From positions 49,724,001-49,788,000 of the forward strand of contig OZ024750.1 of NCBI GenBank assembly GCA_964016885.1: a DNA stretch of 64,000 nt, read 5' to 3'. The notes below the pieces were generated by a model. The model saw only the letters and a program-made list of their open reading frames with translations, did not search any database and had not been told where the DNA came from. This document shows, piece by piece, positions 25,581 through 40,303 of this stretch (positions within the stretch are counted from its first letter, which is position 1; each line of letters starts with the position of its first letter). The stretch comes from Eledone cirrhosa (lineage: Eukaryota). The translations under genes were made by a program, and so were the position numbers.

Positions 25581-27043
25581 AATCTTCCTGCATTCCAGGG
25601 TATCTACAGAGTTAATACATAGTTATATTTTCTTTCCTTGAATTGGTGCTTAATCAAGGTGACAATGATTTGCACTCGTGTCTATACTTCTGTTGTCCAT
25701 TATATGTGTCATGTTGTTACCTGTATATAAAACGGTAGTGTATTAACGAGATTAGGCTCATATATCTTGCAGATCATGCAACGATAAGGAGAAGACCCAA
25801 TGTATTATTCCAGTTTGTGGTTCACTCTTTGCAACGGGCTGCCGTTTTTTTTTTTCTTGTTTAATAAATATTCCATAATGTTGTTGTTGTTACAGAATAT
25901 AGCAGAACCAGTTCATTGTAGGTCGACATAGTTATATGTTTAATTCAATAAATATTCGAATTATCGAATATTTCGGTTGTCTCCGTGTAATATCTACTCT
26001 GCCACTATGATCGATCAAAGTGTTAAGTATTAAACATAGGATTGAACGTTGGAAATCAACATTCTTAAACCATTCAATATGTACATAGATTTCCAATAAA
26101 CTACATTAAACTTTCTGAATTTATTTTATCGTACTCGATGTGGAAGCTTGTACAAATAATCTTACATTCTTCACTCTAAATGTTCTTATGAAATAGGCTC
26201 GATTTTTAGACGTTAGATATAATGCATTTGCATGGGTAGTTCACAACATGAACTCATAAAATTGTTCAACAGAAATTGCCAATATTATATTTTATAGATG
26301 ATAATTATGGACCCATATAAATGTATATTTAATCTCACTGTACACCTAGGCCCACAAGTCCCTTTTCAGCAACTCAAATTGCGGTTTCAATTGATTCCCA
26401 TCAAAAACTATCATAAAAGATTTGATGTACTGAGGTCTCAAGTCAGAATAACCAGACAAATATTGATATGACGCCAACAATTTATATATTAACAACGCGA
26501 TATTGAAATTCAAGCAATTATATATTTATATTACTACCTGCAGCTAATTGAAATTTCCATCTAATCTTAATAAAATATATTTTCTATGTGAAACTAATTG
26601 GTTGTGTTACTGAAAGTTTAGAGGTGAGTGAATGATGATGACAGATTTGGTTACCGTATTCTGTTAAACATTCTGAAATATAATTGCTATGGTACTAACA
26701 TTTATTGTCATTTCATGTGATATCTCTTCTTTCTGGTACTATTCAATGGTGAAAGTTTGTCGTTGCTTTATTTTGTAAAGCGTATTTTCTGAAAAAGTTG
26801 GTGAGAACTTACGAACTTCGATTTTAGAGAATGTAAGAATGTAGTGTATGATTTAGAAGATCCGATGATCCCATATCCAGCAGACAGAACGGCCACGCTG
26901 AGGCTCCTTTCCTCGGGTGTTATTGTTTGAATGCGACTATAGTTAATAAGTCAAGTTCAAATTGTAAACTAAAATCCATAGTTCTGTAAAATTGCAGCTA
27001 GCTTATAAATGATAAGAGGACATTATTAAGAAGCGGATTATTA

Positions 27044-27360
27044 AGTACCAGTAATACACTGGGTTATTTCTGGCCTTGTGCCAAAAGTAAAAACAATTAT
27101 TAAGTAGCGCATTGGCAGTATTGGTAGAGGGTCTGACGCCATGCTTTGCAGCATAGAGTTACGGTCCTATATGGTCTGAGTTCAAATCTCGCCGCGGATA
27201 ACTTTGCCTTTCATCCTTACGGGGCCGATAAAATAAATTACCAGTAATGTACTGGGATAATTGCAGACCTTATGCCAAAAGTAGAAACAATTATTAAGTA
27301 CCAGTAATGCACTCGGGTCTATATAATGGACTTACCCCTGCCCACGTTATTGCCGTGTGC
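27044..27360 (+). mobile_element. SINE family 1 cluster: 3' fragment, full copy, 3' fragment
   Basis: Full copy at about 27110-27295 with B box gagttcaaatctc; partial 3' ends (agtaccagtaat...) on both sides. Confidence 0.85.
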
Positions 27361-27539
27361 TTCAATCAGCGGCCATTATTAAGTAAAGCATATCTATTGC
27401 TATCAAATTATATTCTGTCCTACATATTCACAAGACTCTGAGTTGACAAAGAGAAATGAGTTAAACAGAGAAACTAGTAAATGTCTAAAGTAAAAACACG
27501 ACATAAAAAGAGGAAAGTAAAGGAAGCAATGGTGATGGG

Positions 27540-27970
27540 GCTAATTCTACGTCTTTGGTGGTCTGCTATATTACAGCTACTTCACAACGAGAAAACGAAG
27601 ACGTTTTGGCAGGAAAGGAAGCAGCGATACTTGCTGTATCAGTTTTTTCCATCCTGTAATGTTTCTTCTCCAGATGTGAGACCAACATTCCGATTTAGCT
27701 GAGGAAAACCGCAGTTTTCAATGGTTGTTCCTCTGCAATGAACTAAACAGGTGCAAATTGCGAAGTAATTATGTGAAACATTTTAACATGGCCAATAACT
27801 GGGGAAAAAGCAATACTACTTGGAAAGAGCGGCTCAACTACAGCAAAACATTGGATCAACGGAGTGCCCATATACATACCTCGAGCAATAACCAATATAT
27901 ATAATGACGTAGGCTACAAAATGTAATAGTAGAAAATGTGGGGTTTGTGAACAACCGCCATCCTCATATA
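27540..27970 (+). mobile_element. Highly degenerate mariner-like transposase C-terminal relic
   Basis: LQLLHNEK...FFPSCNVSSPDVRPT resembles mariner LLHDNA...HPPYSPDLxP. The right end (...catcctca|ta) resembles a mariner TIR next to TA. Confidence 0.35.
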
Positions 27971-28015
27971 TATATATATATTCACACACACACACACACG
28001 CACACACATACCCCC

Positions 28016-28050
<35 letters not shown>

Positions 28051-28206
28051 CCATACATACACATACACACACACACGCACGCACGCACGCACAGACACAC
28101 ACATATATATATATATATATATTTAGATATATAAGCAAAGATATATAATTTGTTGGTAATTCAAGAAATATATATATTTATAACAGTTTCGAAGTATTCG
28201 ACAAGT

Positions 28207-28535
28207 TTTTATTAATGGAAACTATATTTATGAAATACATTGTTTCTATTATATACATGTTTCAAGGGTACCAAAACTTTGGTACGCGCTCATCAGATAA
28301 AATACAAAGTTTGTTTTATAAATATTTACATATCCAGAAATGAGACCTTAACGGTTCAAGGTTTACCATATCCAGGTAAAACTTGAACCGTTAAGGTCTC
28401 ATTCCTGGATATGTCCATGTTTATAAAACACACTTTGTATTTTATCTGATGACAGAGTACCAAAGTTTTGGTACCCTTGAAATATGTATATAATAGAATA
28501 AATATGGTTTTATAAATATAGTTTCCATTTATTAA
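28207..28535. repeat. Inverted repeat (about 155-bp arms) with a hammerhead-like core in each arm
   Basis: Loop at about 28368-28374. The right arm 28446-28490 reads CTGATGA-caga-gtacca-aagttt-tggtac-cctt-GAAA-tatgtata; the left-arm mirror is at 28248-28301. Confidence 0.9.
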
Positions 28536-28543
28536 TATCATTG

Positions 28544-28581
<38 letters not shown>

Positions 28582-28638
28582 GAAGGAAATGTGGTAAGGA
28601 ACCAGGTGGACGATAACGCACCAAAGTACTCAATACTT

Positions 28639-28672
<34 letters not shown>

Positions 28673-29267
28673 GATAGAGAGAGAGAGAAAGAAAGAGACA
28701 GACAGCGCCCTATAGTATTTATGCGGTGAGTCGCATAATGTTCACGAATGCAGGACGTTATTAAAACAGAGAATCTCAGCAATTTCACCAGATTTCATTA
28801 TGTAATAAAGTTTCAATGATATTGGATCATTATTGTTCATCCGGTGTAATGTTGTAGTATGTACACCTGCTTTTAAACGATTATTTAATTAGAAGAACTG
28901 AAGTAGGGAAAACTTCATTAATTGCCTTGTTGTTAAATATGATGTATGTTGACATTTAAATTGAATCTTTGTCATTTCGAAATAAAACAAGCATCGTATA
29001 ACACTGCTATCATTTTAATCAACTACAGCATTTCTTTCAAACATATATTTAAGGATTTTTAAATCGTGATCTTTAACTTAATTGAATATAACTGAAAACA
29101 TACCCATTTGTTTCAAAAGCAAATATTTCCCTATAGAGGATCGATACATTAGTTAATGCGGTTCTAAATATATTGACTGAAATATGGATGGAATGGTCAT
29201 TCCTGGAATGTCTTTGATCATGCGGTATTATCTCTGATGTGTCTATATATATGTGATAGTGAGATAG

Positions 29268-29446
29268 ATAATTGTTTCTACTTCTGGCACAAGGCCAGCA
29301 ATTACCAGTGTATTACTGGTAATTTATTTTATCGACCCCATAAGGATGAAAAGCAAAATTAACCTCGGCGGGATTTGAACGCAGAATGTCAAGGGCCGTA
29401 ACTATATGCATCAAAGCATGTCGTCCGACCCTCTACCGAATGACAA
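29268..29446 (-). mobile_element. tRNA-derived SINE (family 1)
   Basis: Reverse complement of the family consensus (ataattgtttctact...cggcgggatttgaac). Confidence 0.9.
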
Positions 29447-30330
29447 TAAAATATGGATGTTATCCAACCATCGTACTGAAGATCTACCCTCGGTCAGCTG
29501 TCAGTTGGTTTTACCCGTGAAATTATTCCCAGATCGATAAAATACTAGTGAAATACTGATATTGACTTAATCGCCTTTTCCCTGCTGTTTAAATTATTAA
29601 ACACTACAATGATTATTATATCGATATTACCGTTTCTATTGTATATATTGATATTCATGTTATTGCTATTATTAGTACTGATTTTGTTGTAGTCTTCTTC
29701 GTGATTGTTATTGTCGTTGTTAATATGGTAACACCAAGCATTGGGGCAAAACTATAAAGGTATACAATATTCGTCTCCCTCCACCTTTTCTTATAGAATG
29801 TACAATAAAATTGAATTATCTGTGGGCGCAAGTAAGAGCCATCAATAAACAAGAGATACATTTTTTAAAGAAATACAAAAAACATACGAGTAAAAGCCAT
29901 TCACACACGTTTATAGAAAATTATACGATTTGGTTTAAAATTCTCTTCTTTGATATACTCTAACGCATAAAATGTATTTTATATTTTCATACAGCTTTTG
30001 TTGTGAAATTGTAATAGTATCATTACTGTCAGAAAGCAGGTATGTATCTTTAAGGAAAATCAAATTTACTAATCTTGCCTGTTGGATTCATTTTATTTAT
30101 TACCATATAAAATGAGATGCAAACACACACATATTTTTAAAAAAACAGAGAAACATTGATATCTATATAGAATATACATAATTCATTGCTTTCGTCCTCT
30201 CACTGTTTCTTTGTATGTGATGTTAGTATATTTGTATATATATATATATAAATACATGAGCATATAAATAAGTAGGAATAAACAGACATAAAAACGGACG
30301 TAAAATCACACACATACATACATGCACACC

Positions 30331-30385
<55 letters not shown>

Positions 30386-31145
30386 ATACCAATAAATTAT
30401 GAAATACACCATTTACCATAACAACTTTACAAAACCGTCAAAACAGTATATTATATTTGAAAAAGATCACATTTGTTTTTCCTATTTGGCCGTAAAAAAA
30501 TGGCTATATTCTGTAAAACATAGTGGGAAAACTCTGCTATGATTGTTTTAATACTTAGTCTTTTATTTTACATTATTCCGGTTTCAGGTTATAGCCATTG
30601 TCAAAATAAACTCTTGTTAGTGGAGAATAAATCAGGAAAAAACACTATTTTATAAATTTCTATCACACGTCGTGTTAACGATTACATGTGTAGAATGTTA
30701 ACTGTTTTAGTTTCCATGTATGGAACATTATCATTATTACAATACAGTAAAATATTTTATAATGTAGTTCTGTGTTTAGAAATGCATTCGTTAAAAACAC
30801 CACCGGAAATAATTGAAAATAATATCAAACAATATAATATTCTGTGAAAAATATGGAGTGTTTATAGGCAAGTTAGTGTTAAAATGTTTAAAGCAAAAGC
30901 AAAATGATTCTGTTTTTGTTGGCGTAATAGAATATAATTGTTTAGAAATAAAATGATTTAGCATTGCCCTCTGCGTGACGAACAATATGTAATTATATTA
31001 TTACAATTTTTAATAGGGGGATCATTAACAATCTAACCAAAATTAATATGCAATAAATATGCACGATATTTCTCAATGACAAAAAGTATTCTCATTTACA
31101 CATCAAATAGCGGAGGCAACAGCTGGAAGGATTCATTATTAATTG

Positions 31146-31497
31146 TTGGCAGTATCAGTAGAGAGTCGGACGCCATGCTTTCCAGCATAGTTATGTCCCT
31201 TTACGGTCTGAGTTCAAATCCCGCCGAGGTTAACTTTGCCTTTCATCCTTACGGGGGTCGATAAAATAAAGTATCAGTAATGTACTGGGTAATTGCTGGC
31301 CTTCTGCCTAAAGTAGAAACAATTATTAATTGGTAGAGGGTCAGACATGTTTTCCAGCGTAGTTACGTCCCCTTACGATCTGAGTTCAAATCCCGCTGAG
31401 CTTCACCTTGCCTTTCATCCTTACGGGATCGATAAAATCAAGTATCAGTAAAGTATTGGGTAATTGCTGATCTTGTGCCAAATGTAGAAACATTATT
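31146..31497 (+). mobile_element. Tandem pair of tRNA-derived SINEs (family 1)
   Basis: Copies at about 31146-31326 and 31331-31497, each with B box gagttcaaatcccgc. Confidence 0.9.
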
Positions 31498-31933
31498 ATT
31501 CTGATCTAAACATAGATGAATACCATTCAAAATACATGTCAAAATAATACAAATATATCGATTGGCTATGTGTGTTTATTTGCTATCATGATAAGCAGAT
31601 ATTTTCGAAGTAAGATACTGTCAAACAGTAAAGTGAGCAACAATCTACTACGACTGCATGATACAATTCTCAATTTTTTAGTAGAAGGTGAGACATAAAC
31701 AATAAGAAAGTAAAGGATTTGAAGTAGAGATATATGGGTCGTACAAACTGATGGATATAGCAATTAAGTCTTTACACCTTCAAGTACACTTTTGCCAATA
31801 TAATCTAGATACACAAAAATAAGTTAAGCGATTGAGACACATCTATATATATTTGTACATGCTTGTAACAATATTTAGATACGGTTAAACTCTATTCCCA
31901 AATCAAGGGGAAAGACTCTTGCTAATAAGGTGT

Positions 31934-32090
31934 ATAATTGTTTCTACTTTTGGCATAAGGCCACCAATTATCCAGTGTATGAAAGGATGAAAGGCAAAGT
32001 TAACCTCAGCGGGATTTGAACTCACAATGGCAAGGGCCGTAACTCTATGCGTCAAAGCATAGCGTCAGACCCTCTATCGATACTGCCAAT
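31934..32090 (-). mobile_element. tRNA-derived SINE (family 1), internally deleted, with 15-bp TSD
   Basis: aataaggtgtataat occurs on both sides. Confidence 0.9.
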
Positions 32091-33690
32091 AAGGTGTATA
32101 ATGATGAGTATTAGTGTTAAATATTGATTGTGTGTACCTGGTAGTGTGTGTAGGCAAGTATGTGTATCTTGGTGTGAATTTTCTGAATGTATGTGTGGGG
32201 GTGTGGTATTACTGTGAAATTTGTTATTAATCGTAGTCAAATGTCAACGTTTTTATATATGTAAGACTGTATGCAACTATATGTATCCTGATGTTGTGTG
32301 TAAGGCGATTGTGAGTTCGTCACAGTGTTGGCCCATGCTGCAAGCATCTGCCCAGATGCTTATTCTAGTATAACAGGCAGAGCTTGAAACTGGAGGCCGC
32401 AACGTTTATGTGTTGAAGACATCAAACCATTATATATATATATATATATATATAAGTGTGTGTGTGTGTGTGTATGTGAGAGAGAGAGAGAGAGAGTGTG
32501 TGTGTGTATCGGGAGAAGATAGTATAGGCATCTTTATTTTATATATAAAGGATTTCTATATATATAACAAAGTATTGTAGTTTGCTTGAAGCATTGTTGA
32601 ATAGGAAACACAAATTTAAATAATTTTGAAAATTTTGAAAACCAAACAAAGCACTAGAAAGATAATTAAAATTGCTAAGATAACAAAACAATAATAACTT
32701 AGTAAATGTAATAATCCCATATATCTTCGGTTTGAAAAACTCATTATCAAGGGTATATCCCTATGAGAGACTTAAAGGATTGACTTGTTTGGAAGGCAGA
32801 TTTAATTAATTTTTTTAATTTAAATCTGCCTTTGCAATAGAGATGTTACCAACGTACCCTAACTTTGCCTTCGACATATATATTTCTATTTTGCAATACT
32901 TTTTCGACCATACTTCGTAGTAAATATCAATACTTTTCCTTCATGCATGTATACATATATTTGAAACTATATTGTATTTACAACTTCTGTTTCTTATGCA
33001 GTTAATTATATAAAAATTGCATATAATATATCCTTGAGAAAATCTTACGTAAATCGTTTTAAACCATGCGCTATGCTTAAGAAGAGAATAGAGAAAATTG
33101 TATATTGCAAAAACAATATTATCATAGGATCACATAAGAACATTATCATGTAGTTTCTTTTCTTTTACGTTTTAAGCCAAATTGTTATTTCTTAAGAATA
33201 TATTTAATGCAAGTCTTTAATATCATAAATATACATTTTGGCGTGGAATGTTCTTGATAATATGACAGTACCGAAAATAATATTGTGAATGCCAAAAAAT
33301 TAAGATCGTTAGAAATAGCTAAACAATAAATCAATATTAGCATGAAAATGATATGAACCCCACATACCACTTCTTACATATATATGCTACAATTCTGCAA
33401 GTAGAAGCTATATATTTTATTGTATTTCGCACAAAATCTCGAATGGAATGGAAGGTGTAAAAAGGACCTACATTGGTTTCAACGACGAGTTTCCCAATAC
33501 TCCGTTTAGAAACAAAATTTCCTTATGAGATTAAATTATGTATGCCTGAGCATTGCACATTTGCATCTGCCTTTAAGGAAAGCAACCGTTTTTCATGTAT
33601 TACACATATCAATCGCATTGCTGCCACTGTATGAATCTAATATAATTTGAGAGTTCAATGATAATTATGTACAGTTATTATAATACTATC

Positions 33691-33880
33691 GGGCGGTGGA
33701 TTGGCAGTATCTGTAGAGTGTCGGACGCCATGCTTTCCAGCATAGTTACGTCCCTTTACGATCTGAGTTCAAATCCCGCCGAGGTTGACTTTGCATTTCA
33801 TCCTTACGTGGTCGATAAAATAAAGTACCAGTAATGCACTGGGTAAGTGCTGGCCTTGTGCCTAAAGTAGAAACAATTAT
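33691..33880 (+). mobile_element. Full-length tRNA-derived SINE (family 1) with 15-bp TSD
   Basis: ggcggtggattggcagtatc...gagttcaaatcccgcc...gtagaaaca; TSD attataatac(t/a)atcg at 33677 and 33876. Confidence 0.92.
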
Positions 33881-34060
33881 AATACAATCGAACATTCATG
33901 ATTGCCTTCCCAGATTGCATACATATGTGGCATACTTAAACCAAGCTTTTCTGTGCCAGGTAAATCGCATGTCTGAATATGTTTTGCATTTGTCTTACCT
34001 CCACAACCGCATATATCCTTATTTCCTTTTTATGTACATCCTAGCTTCAAATCACAAATT

Positions 34061-34313
34061 CCTCGCAGCTGACGGGCCATGATGGAGGAGCGCCCTGAAT
34101 CAACACCTCAACTCAGTAGGACAGAAGAGGTTGATGACTGCAGCAGCAGACAGGAGAGCCCGGTGAAAGGAGCGCAATAAATCTAACAGAACAAAGACCA
34201 TATACAGATCTGCTCCATGTGACCGTATAGGTCTGTTTAGGCACCGGAGATGCTGCTGCAGCTGAGCTGACAACAGGACACTACCCATGATTAGCCCTGA
34301 CAGAAGGAAGCCT
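34061..34313 (+). mobile_element. 3' end fragment of an RTE/BovB-like LINE
   Basis: AADGP*WRSALNQHL...AAADRRAR*KER...CDRIGLFRHRRCC, then cccatgattagccctgacagaaggaagcc, similar to RTE 3' termini. Confidence 0.6.
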
Positions 34314-34804
34314 TAGAAATCCTTGCTACGGTGAAAATAACTTACACACGATTTATTCATTCACTACTATTTCAGTTTGATAGTTTCCCAAATATTTTCA
34401 GGCCCACCCCATAAACATTATCTAGATATATCAGCAAAGTATACATTTACTCAAACATTAATATTTTCAAAATAGTGAAATAATGAAATACCCACTAGAG
34501 TAGACCTTAATATACGAAACAGTGGCTGAAACACGTCTGAAGAAAGGTTTGAAAGATTAGTGCTGATCTTGAGCTACTTAACAAGAATAAACCATGTTGG
34601 GTGTAACATTGACTACGATAAAACATCAATTTTTATTTGATGTATTAGTCATTCAACTATGTCATATTGATCATCAATCAAATATAAGAATCGTTTCCCC
34701 AAGCAACCAATTTGTTTCGCTTCTTTTCACTGAAAAATAGATGTATATCGGTAATATATTCCTTCCAATACTTTATATTGATAAACACACTGACAGTCCA
34801 AAAG

Positions 34805-36345
<1,541 letters not shown>

Positions 36346-37654
36346 GGCGTATAAATCAATGCATTTACTGACCTTTCCAGAGTAGAGGGTTTCATGTTAG
36401 AACATTCTCCAGATTATATCGAATGACCAAAGAATGATTTTTTTATGAAATATGGCACCGATAAATATTTAGTTGTCCCTAACTGCAACCATATCTCCTT
36501 ATTATATATATTGTGTTTTACTTCTATATGAATTTCATCAAAGTACATAATAAAGAGAGATCTGTAACCTTCTAAGCTAGAATATCTCGCCTTTAACTCT
36601 CCAGCTGTTGTTTAATGGAGGCAACTGTACTGTTAACTATTCATCATTTTGCCTAATATTTGTCACTTCGTGTTATTGATTCTTGCCTCTTTTTTCCATT
36701 CTTTGCTCCAACTGCCTGTATTCCATAACTTGTGCCGGTTTATAGGCGTTAAGCGTCTGATAACTGTAGCCTCACTCCCGAAAGCAGAGGTGACCCCTAG
36801 CAGCTACGAGAACTGACACAATGTGAAATGGAGTGGCTTGATAAATAATATAATGCGTCACTGAATTTAGAAATCAAACCCCTGTTCATATGGTCCTGGG
36901 CTCAACATTAAAACAACTAGACCATACTCCATCCATATTTGTATTTGTATGCAATAATCAAAAACACGTTTGATCACACTCATGTCGACTACTATAGTTC
37001 TCTTACAACATTAATGTAGCATTGCCCAGGATCAGGTTTCATTAATCAGACATATGTTTAAACATGTTTCAGAAGTATCAATGTTATATATCTTTAAGTC
37101 TAAGTGTTGCTATGAATATATTACCAAATCTGTTCCTCTATTTTCAGCAGATTGTGCAGACACATTTACGTGACACATTAAATAGTAGTAGTATTCTTAT
37201 ATTAGGCTGCTTCACGTTAACGGTAAATTCTGATATTATTTCAGCCACCTCTCAAACCAACGTTTCAAAAAGCATGGATTTGGTATCGTCACTGATAATT
37301 ATTCCAGTATTCATCACCAAATATGCATGGCAATGCTTGACTAATTTCACAACAACAATTATATCATAACACTCCTATTTAGGTTATTAACATCGGGTTA
37401 ATTTGGAATTAATGCTACGAACTGGCACAGTCGCATAGAATGGGTTGTGATATTCCTTACGGCACTCTGTTCTCTGAATACAAATTCCACCGAGGTCAAC
37501 TTTGACATTCATCATTTCGTGCTAATCCCAATTATAAGTAAAACAGCGGTGGTTGTATCGAATGTCGGTAAAATCTGCCCTGTAACTTGTAATGTCTCAC
37601 TCTAATTACCTCTGTTCCGTTGTTTATATATCTATCTCTTACCCTATCAATGCT

Positions 37655-37716
<62 letters not shown>

Positions 37717-37916
37717 GCGCACTCAAACAAAAACACACACACCCAGTTGATTTCGAAATGCACCGTCGATTGTCCCTTAGCTTCTGCCAGGCAACGCCTG
37801 CTGGCGTTAGCTGCCAGTGCGTTATTCATAACTTTAGCTTTCTAAATGTTTATTTTTAAACAAACCGTATTTCTTTAGAAATGCGAAATTCAAGTACATA
37901 TTCTAATCTAAATTCT

Positions 37917-37984
<68 letters not shown>

Positions 37985-38585
37985 AGGATGAATATAAAAT
38001 GAATGTGCTTTTTTTAAAAAGGAATTTATTAGGTATTGACATATGTTTCTGTAACAGACGGAATACCTATGTATCGCTGCTTGCGTAATCATATAATGTT
38101 AGCAAGTATTCGATAGCAAATGTATAATCAGTTGTCACTTCTTCAGAGATTTTGGATAAATTGGATAAAATCAGAAAAATTGAAGTATTTATATTAGTAA
38201 TAGATATATTATATAAGAAATCAAAAAACGACTACATACTCATACAATTTTATTTGCTGAAAATGTTTCATCCATACCATTGGCAAGGTTTCATCAGAGA
38301 TTTATAAACAAAAATACAGTACTGAGTATAAGCTCTACAGAGCTTAGTCACTTGAACATTAGAAATACAATAGAGGGCAACAAGATTGAAATCGTGAATG
38401 GCGAGTATGGAGAGAGTGCATTGTGGGTTTGTTATTCAACACTACAGCTAAATGCAATTGTGCAGGCAGATATTTTAACAAGATGCAGAAGCATGCGAGG
38501 GCACATAAATGCAAAAAGTATAAACCATAATTAAAACATATATTAAAAAGTAAAAGGAAAATAATAATATAAAGAGATAACAAAA

Positions 38586-38655
38586 TAAAAAAAGAAAAAA
38601 AGAAAAAAAGAAAAAAAGAAAAAAAGAAAAAAAGAAAAAAAGAAAAAAAGAAAAA
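38586..38655. repeat. (AAAAAAAG)n octamer repeat
   Basis: About 8 tandem copies. Confidence 0.9.
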
Positions 38656-39159
38656 TGAGAGGAAGCTATGCGTTGGTCACTATATATAACAGGTGATTTA
38701 GTTCTTCATAACTTAGAGTTATAGAAATACTAAAAGGCTCCCTAGGTACCTTCAGAAATCCCAAATGGGATTGTATTCCGCCCCATAGTATACATAATCA
38801 AGGTATACTAGTAGGTTACGGAATTATGTGGACCATGGGTGCTAAACCTGTATATAGACAGGCACCACATAAATTAAACCCAAACACAAGCAAAGCGGGG
38901 TTATTGCATGATCAGGCTAAAGCAAAAATGCATAACAAAATGGTTTAGTTCCTGAAAAAACATACATCGGACGTGGAGTCACTACATATGCATATCTACC
39001 GTAGAGGTTAGTCCAATCGGTTTCAAATACCTCGATTGACTAGGAGTTATAAAGACAGTGGATTATACGTAGATAGTAATTCGGTCCAGAGTTTACAACA
39101 TATAGATATGTATATATATATATATATATTAATACATTAATATATATATATATATATAT

Positions 39160-39786
39160 AATTAAGTTAAAGATGTACATCCATATATGTATACTGAAAT
39201 ACTAGTATGTATATGAATACACACACGTATACATATGTAGATGTACCAAGTTTTTTTCACTGGTCACTTTACTGTGAGTGGCCAGCTAGTCTGTATGTAA
39301 ACACACAGACAAACCGGTTTTTAGAGTCATACTGGTTTTTGAGGAAACACCTTTCCTCTATTCTCCAGAAAGCCAGACAAGGAATATTGAACTAGTTTCG
39401 TTGTTGTTACAACTCATCAGCAATATTTACCTATCTTCCGGCCTCTCTAGAGAATCGTAAAAGCACATATCGTTATATGCTTTTTCTATGAAAATTAGTA
39501 GTGGGCAGACTAATTTGCATAGAGTGTGAGTAAGTACCGGTTCAACGGAGACGATAAAAACAGATAACGAAACGAAATTAAATTTCCTTTCGTTTGTAAC
39601 TCACTTTTGTATGACTGACGCTTAAACAATTAAGTTAAAGATGTACATCCATATATGTATACTGAAATACTAGTATGTATATGAATACACACACGTATAC
39701 ATATGTAGATGTACCAAGTTTTTTTCACTGGTCACTTTACTGTGAGTGGCCAGCTATTCTGTACGTAAACACACAGACAAACCGGT

Positions 39787-39787
<1 letters not shown>
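39160..39787 (-). mobile_element. Retrozyme-like 468-bp unit with about 160-bp terminal direct redundancy
   Basis: 39160-39318 matches 39628-39787 with about 2 mismatches; a complete HHR lies between them; (TA)n on both sides; no credible ORF. Confidence 0.7.
39383..39427 (-). ncRNA. Type I hammerhead ribozyme
   Basis: aatattg-CTGATGA-gttg-taacaa-caac-GAAA-ctag-TT-caatatt: 7-bp stem I, 4-bp stem II, palindromic ACTAGT stem III, GUU cleavage triplet. Confidence 0.85.
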
Positions 39788-39818
<31 letters not shown>

Positions 39819-39861
39819 TATATAAATATACACGGGTGTGTATGATTGTGTATAGAAGATT

Positions 39862-40223
39862 ATATTAATAAGAGGAATTCCAACTTTGTCTGATTTTCTC
39901 GTTTTATTTACAATCCTTTAAGATGTATAATGGTATTATAATGAAATAGTATGATAGAATATTAAATGTTAAGTGTTAATTGAACAAGTACTTTCATCCT
40001 TTCGCAATCTTCAGATTCATAATGTGTGGTGACAGTCAAGTTTGTAAATTTCAGTTGAAAATTGCAAACATTATGAACACGAAGATTGCGAAAGCATGAA
40101 GTACTTGTTCAATTAACACTTAACATTTAATATTCTATCATACTATTTCATTATAATACCATTATACATTTTAAAGGATTGTAAATAAAACGAGTAAATC
40201 AGGCAAAGTTGCAATTCCTCTTA

Positions 40224-40230
<7 letters not shown>
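39862..40230. repeat. Inverted repeat (about 160-bp arms) abutting (TA)n
   Basis: 39862-40024 versus 40068-40230, e.g. attaataagaggaatt / aattcctcttattaat. Confidence 0.92.

Positions 40231-40303
<73 letters not shown>

Noticed and set aside
25648-25720. Possible terminal exon on the minus strand (NNMTHIMDNRSIDTSANHCHLD*)
   Set aside because: Too short, with no recognisable homology; such acceptor-plus-ORF matches arise by chance.
16699-31497. CRISPR-like repeat-spacer array from recurring SINE segments
   Set aside because: Eukaryotic context, irregular spacing, no unique spacers and no cas genes.
36560-36760. Possible RTE fragment on the minus strand (LWNTGSWSKEWK)
   Set aside because: A single short motif with disrupted context.
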